A stretch of 64,000 bases of DNA from Eledone cirrhosa (taxonomy: Eukaryota): assembly GCA_964016885.1 (NCBI GenBank), contig OZ024742.1, positions 345,526,001 through 345,590,000 of the forward strand, in the 5' to 3' direction. A program made the translations under genes and the position numbers. This document shows, one piece after another, positions 61,210-64,000 of the stretch (position 1 is the stretch's first letter; each line of letters begins with the position of its first letter). The notes under the pieces were generated by a model. That model made no database searches. It had not been told where the DNA came from and saw only the letters and a list, made by a program, of their open reading frames with translations.

Positions 61210-62171
61210 GTTACACTACAGTATTACATATTACATATTACATATTACTTATTACATATTACAGTATTATATATTACATATTACATGTTACGGTATTACA
61301 TATTACAGTATTACATATTGCATATTACATTATTACATATTACATTTTACAGTATTACATATTACAGTATTACATATTACATATTACATATTACAGTATT
61401 ACATATTACATATTACATATTACATATTACATATTACATATTACAGATTACAGTATTGCATATTACATATTACATATTACATATTACATATTACAGTATT
61501 ACATATTACATATTACAGTATTACATTTTACAGTATTACATATTACAGTAGTATATATTACAGTATTACATATTACATATTACAGTATTACATATTACAT
61601 ATTACAGTATTACATATTACATAGCACATATTACATATTACATATTACAGTATTACATATTACATATTACATATTACATATTACAGTATTACATATTACA
61701 GTATTACATATTACATGTTACAGTATTACATATTACATATTACATATTACATATTGCAGTATTATATATTACATATTACAGTATTACATATTACATATTA
61801 CATATTACATATTACATATTACAGTATTACATATTACATATTACATATTACACTATTACATATTACATGTTACAGTATTACATATTGCATATTACATATT
61901 ACATGTTACATGTTACATGTTACATGTTACATGTTACAGTATTACATATTACATATTAGATATTACATATTACGGGTTACAGTATTACATATTACATATT
62001 ACATATTACTTGTTACAGTATTACATATTACATATTACAGTGTTACATATTACATATTACATGTTACAGTATTACAGTATTACACATTACATATTACATA
62101 TTACATATTACATATTACGTATTACGATATTACATATTACATGTTACAGTATTACATATTACATATTACAT
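61210..62171 (+). repeat. 7-bp satellite (ttacata)n with 8-bp ttacagta variants
   Basis: Directly visible. Confidence 0.95.
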
Positions 62172-62539
62172 ACTAGACATGCATGAAAAATGCGCAAGCT
62201 CAAAAGAGCCACAGAATGTTATAATAAACCTTCAAAAGTGTGGGACTAGAGTTGTTACTCAAAAATATTGTAATCATTATCTATCGTACATTCTGTGGCA
62301 TCCTTTATAAAAATATCACAATAAATACATCTATGTTTAATAATATTACGTAATTATTTATAGCTGTTATTACATTTAACATAGATGTATTTATTGTGAT
62401 ATTTTTATAAAGGATGCCATAGAGTGTACGATAGATAATGATTATAATATTTTTGAGTAACAACTCTAGTCCCACACTTTTGAAGGTTTATTATAACATT
62501 CTCTGGCTCTTTTGAGCTTGCGCATTTTTCATGTCTAGT
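62172..62539. mobile_element. Fold-back/MITE-like element with ~165-bp inverted arms ending in ACTAG/CTAGT
   Basis: 62172-62338 is the reverse complement of ~62378-62539 with few mismatches; no HHR core seen. Confidence 0.8.
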
Positions 62540-63094
62540 TTAATATTTTTTTAAGGCAACGCTTGTAATAACTCTAGTTAAACATGATATATATTAATAA
62601 TAAATTATCGTTGTAATGTAATTAGATTATATAATTGTTATTATAAATGATCTTATAAATATTAGTGTAAGATGTATAAAAATATGTTCAGACTTTTAAT
62701 ATAAACAACAAAAAACAATCAATATTAAATGAATATATTATACATAATAGAAAACATAAAATAAATAAACAATATAAAAATAAAATATTTACATACAATT
62801 GCAATTATCAGTCTATATAAATTTTCTTTATTCCCTGAGCAAATTAATGAGATTTGTTCTTATTGCACATAATTTGATGACTTTTTGGAGAGTATTAAAA
62901 GATAATAATAATTTGTGATTAAATTATCTTAAGCAACTCTCTTTTTAATAGTTGTTGGCTGAGCGAAATTGGAAAAGCCTATGAGCAAATATTTTAAAAA
63001 ATACACAAACTACATTTTCCTGTATTCTTGCAACATTAGATAAAATAATTGAGCAATGTCGTGAGATTTTGCTCTTATTGCACATTAATAGTGT

Positions 63095-63460
63095 TTCTAT
63101 TTGTCGGCACAAAGCCATTACCGCAGTCCATTACTGGTACTTTATTTTATCGAACTGGTAAGGATGAAAGGCAAAGTTAACCTCGGCGGGATTTGAACTT
63201 AGAACGCAAAGAGCCATAACAATGCTGCAAAGCATGCTGTCTGACGCTCTACCAATACTTGTCTTGAGCTGGTCACCAATTTGTGGTGGTCGTGCGTGGA
63301 GTAGAACAACAAGCGCTAGTCGAAATAGTATGAACAAAACATTTTTATTTGTCGAAGAACATATTTTCAATACTGTTTGTGAATGGGCATCCATTTATAG
63401 TGACAGTGTATTACTGGTACTTTATTTTATCGACCCCGTAAGGATGAAGGCAAAGTTAAT
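63095..63460 (-). mobile_element. SINE copy (63095-63260) and fragment (63405-63460)
   Basis: Reverse complement of family consensus. Confidence 0.8.
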
Positions 63461-63589
63461 ACTGACAATAATGCAAATGTGTAAGAGTGAAAATTTGCGC
63501 CTTTTCAATAATTTATCGTCTGCTCACGTTGCATTAAAGGGAAATAACTCGTCTCTCAACTGTATTTATACATTTTAACTGAAACATCA

Positions 63590-63720
63590 ATATTACACAT
63601 TCGATTTGAAATTTTTTTGGACCGATCTCTCCGCTGGAGTTTAATCTATAAGTTTAGATGTGTGGAGACCGTTTTAGTAGAGAGACAGACAGACAACCTC
63701 AGTTTTATATATATATATAT
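63590..63720 (-). mobile_element. Possible non-autonomous Helitron-like 5' end
   Basis: Minus strand tatatataaaactgaggttgtctgtctgtc start; pattern resemblance only. Confidence 0.3.
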
Positions 63721-64000
63721 ACATATCAAAGATTTTTAAACGCGTGACACCAATTTTTACAATGTTTTAAGAAAAATTATTTTTACAAATATTTACAAAC
63801 AAAGTGCAGTTTGTAAATATTTGTAATCGGAACTCTGCCTATACTCGATTGCAATATATAAAGAGGAACAAGATACAAATATTTCTTTATTTGGCACAAG
63901 GGCGCACAAAAATGGGACATTACAGAACATGAATATATGCTATTTTGAAGTGTTTAAACATTTTTTACAAAGAACAATTTAGAATCGTTTTGTACAAACG

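Noticed and set aside
49885-62171. Telomeric repeat
   Set aside because: No TTAGGG-type arrays, and non-satellite sequence continues beyond the array
44526-62186. Very long ORFs (1503 aa, 716 aa and others) rich in IYIVTLT, CCMW or HTT repeats
   Set aside because: They are translations of 21/14/7-bp satellites, open in many frames on both strands, with no coding evidence

Overview
AT-rich, repeat-dense eukaryotic DNA with no host gene that I can recognise. The SINE families and microsatellite style suggest an octopus/cephalopod genome (inference from recalled repeat sequences). Contents: three decayed Penelope-like retroelements (PLE; RT GLYRDD + CNC..CP..C linker + C-terminal GIY-YIG, Naiad-type), three mariner remnants, MITEs, many SINEs, RTE/Tx1 LINE scraps, and large satellites (GA-rich ~30 bp, 21 bp, 14/16 bp, 7 bp). 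The long ORFs in the satellites are artefacts. The main signal is a set of about ten fold-back (palindromic) mini-elements from at least five sequence families, nearly all sitting in (TA)n tracts. They are built from PLE 3' termini carrying type I hammerhead ribozyme (HHR) motifs, both canonical and core-variant (U3-A8, U4A, U4C, A13C, very long stem II), with a one-sided 3' tail that shares a GAGYRC motif. One family is tied directly to its coding parent, a nested PLE with ~640-bp inverted ends (31341-41125). All folds were assigned by eye and none has been tested for cleavage.
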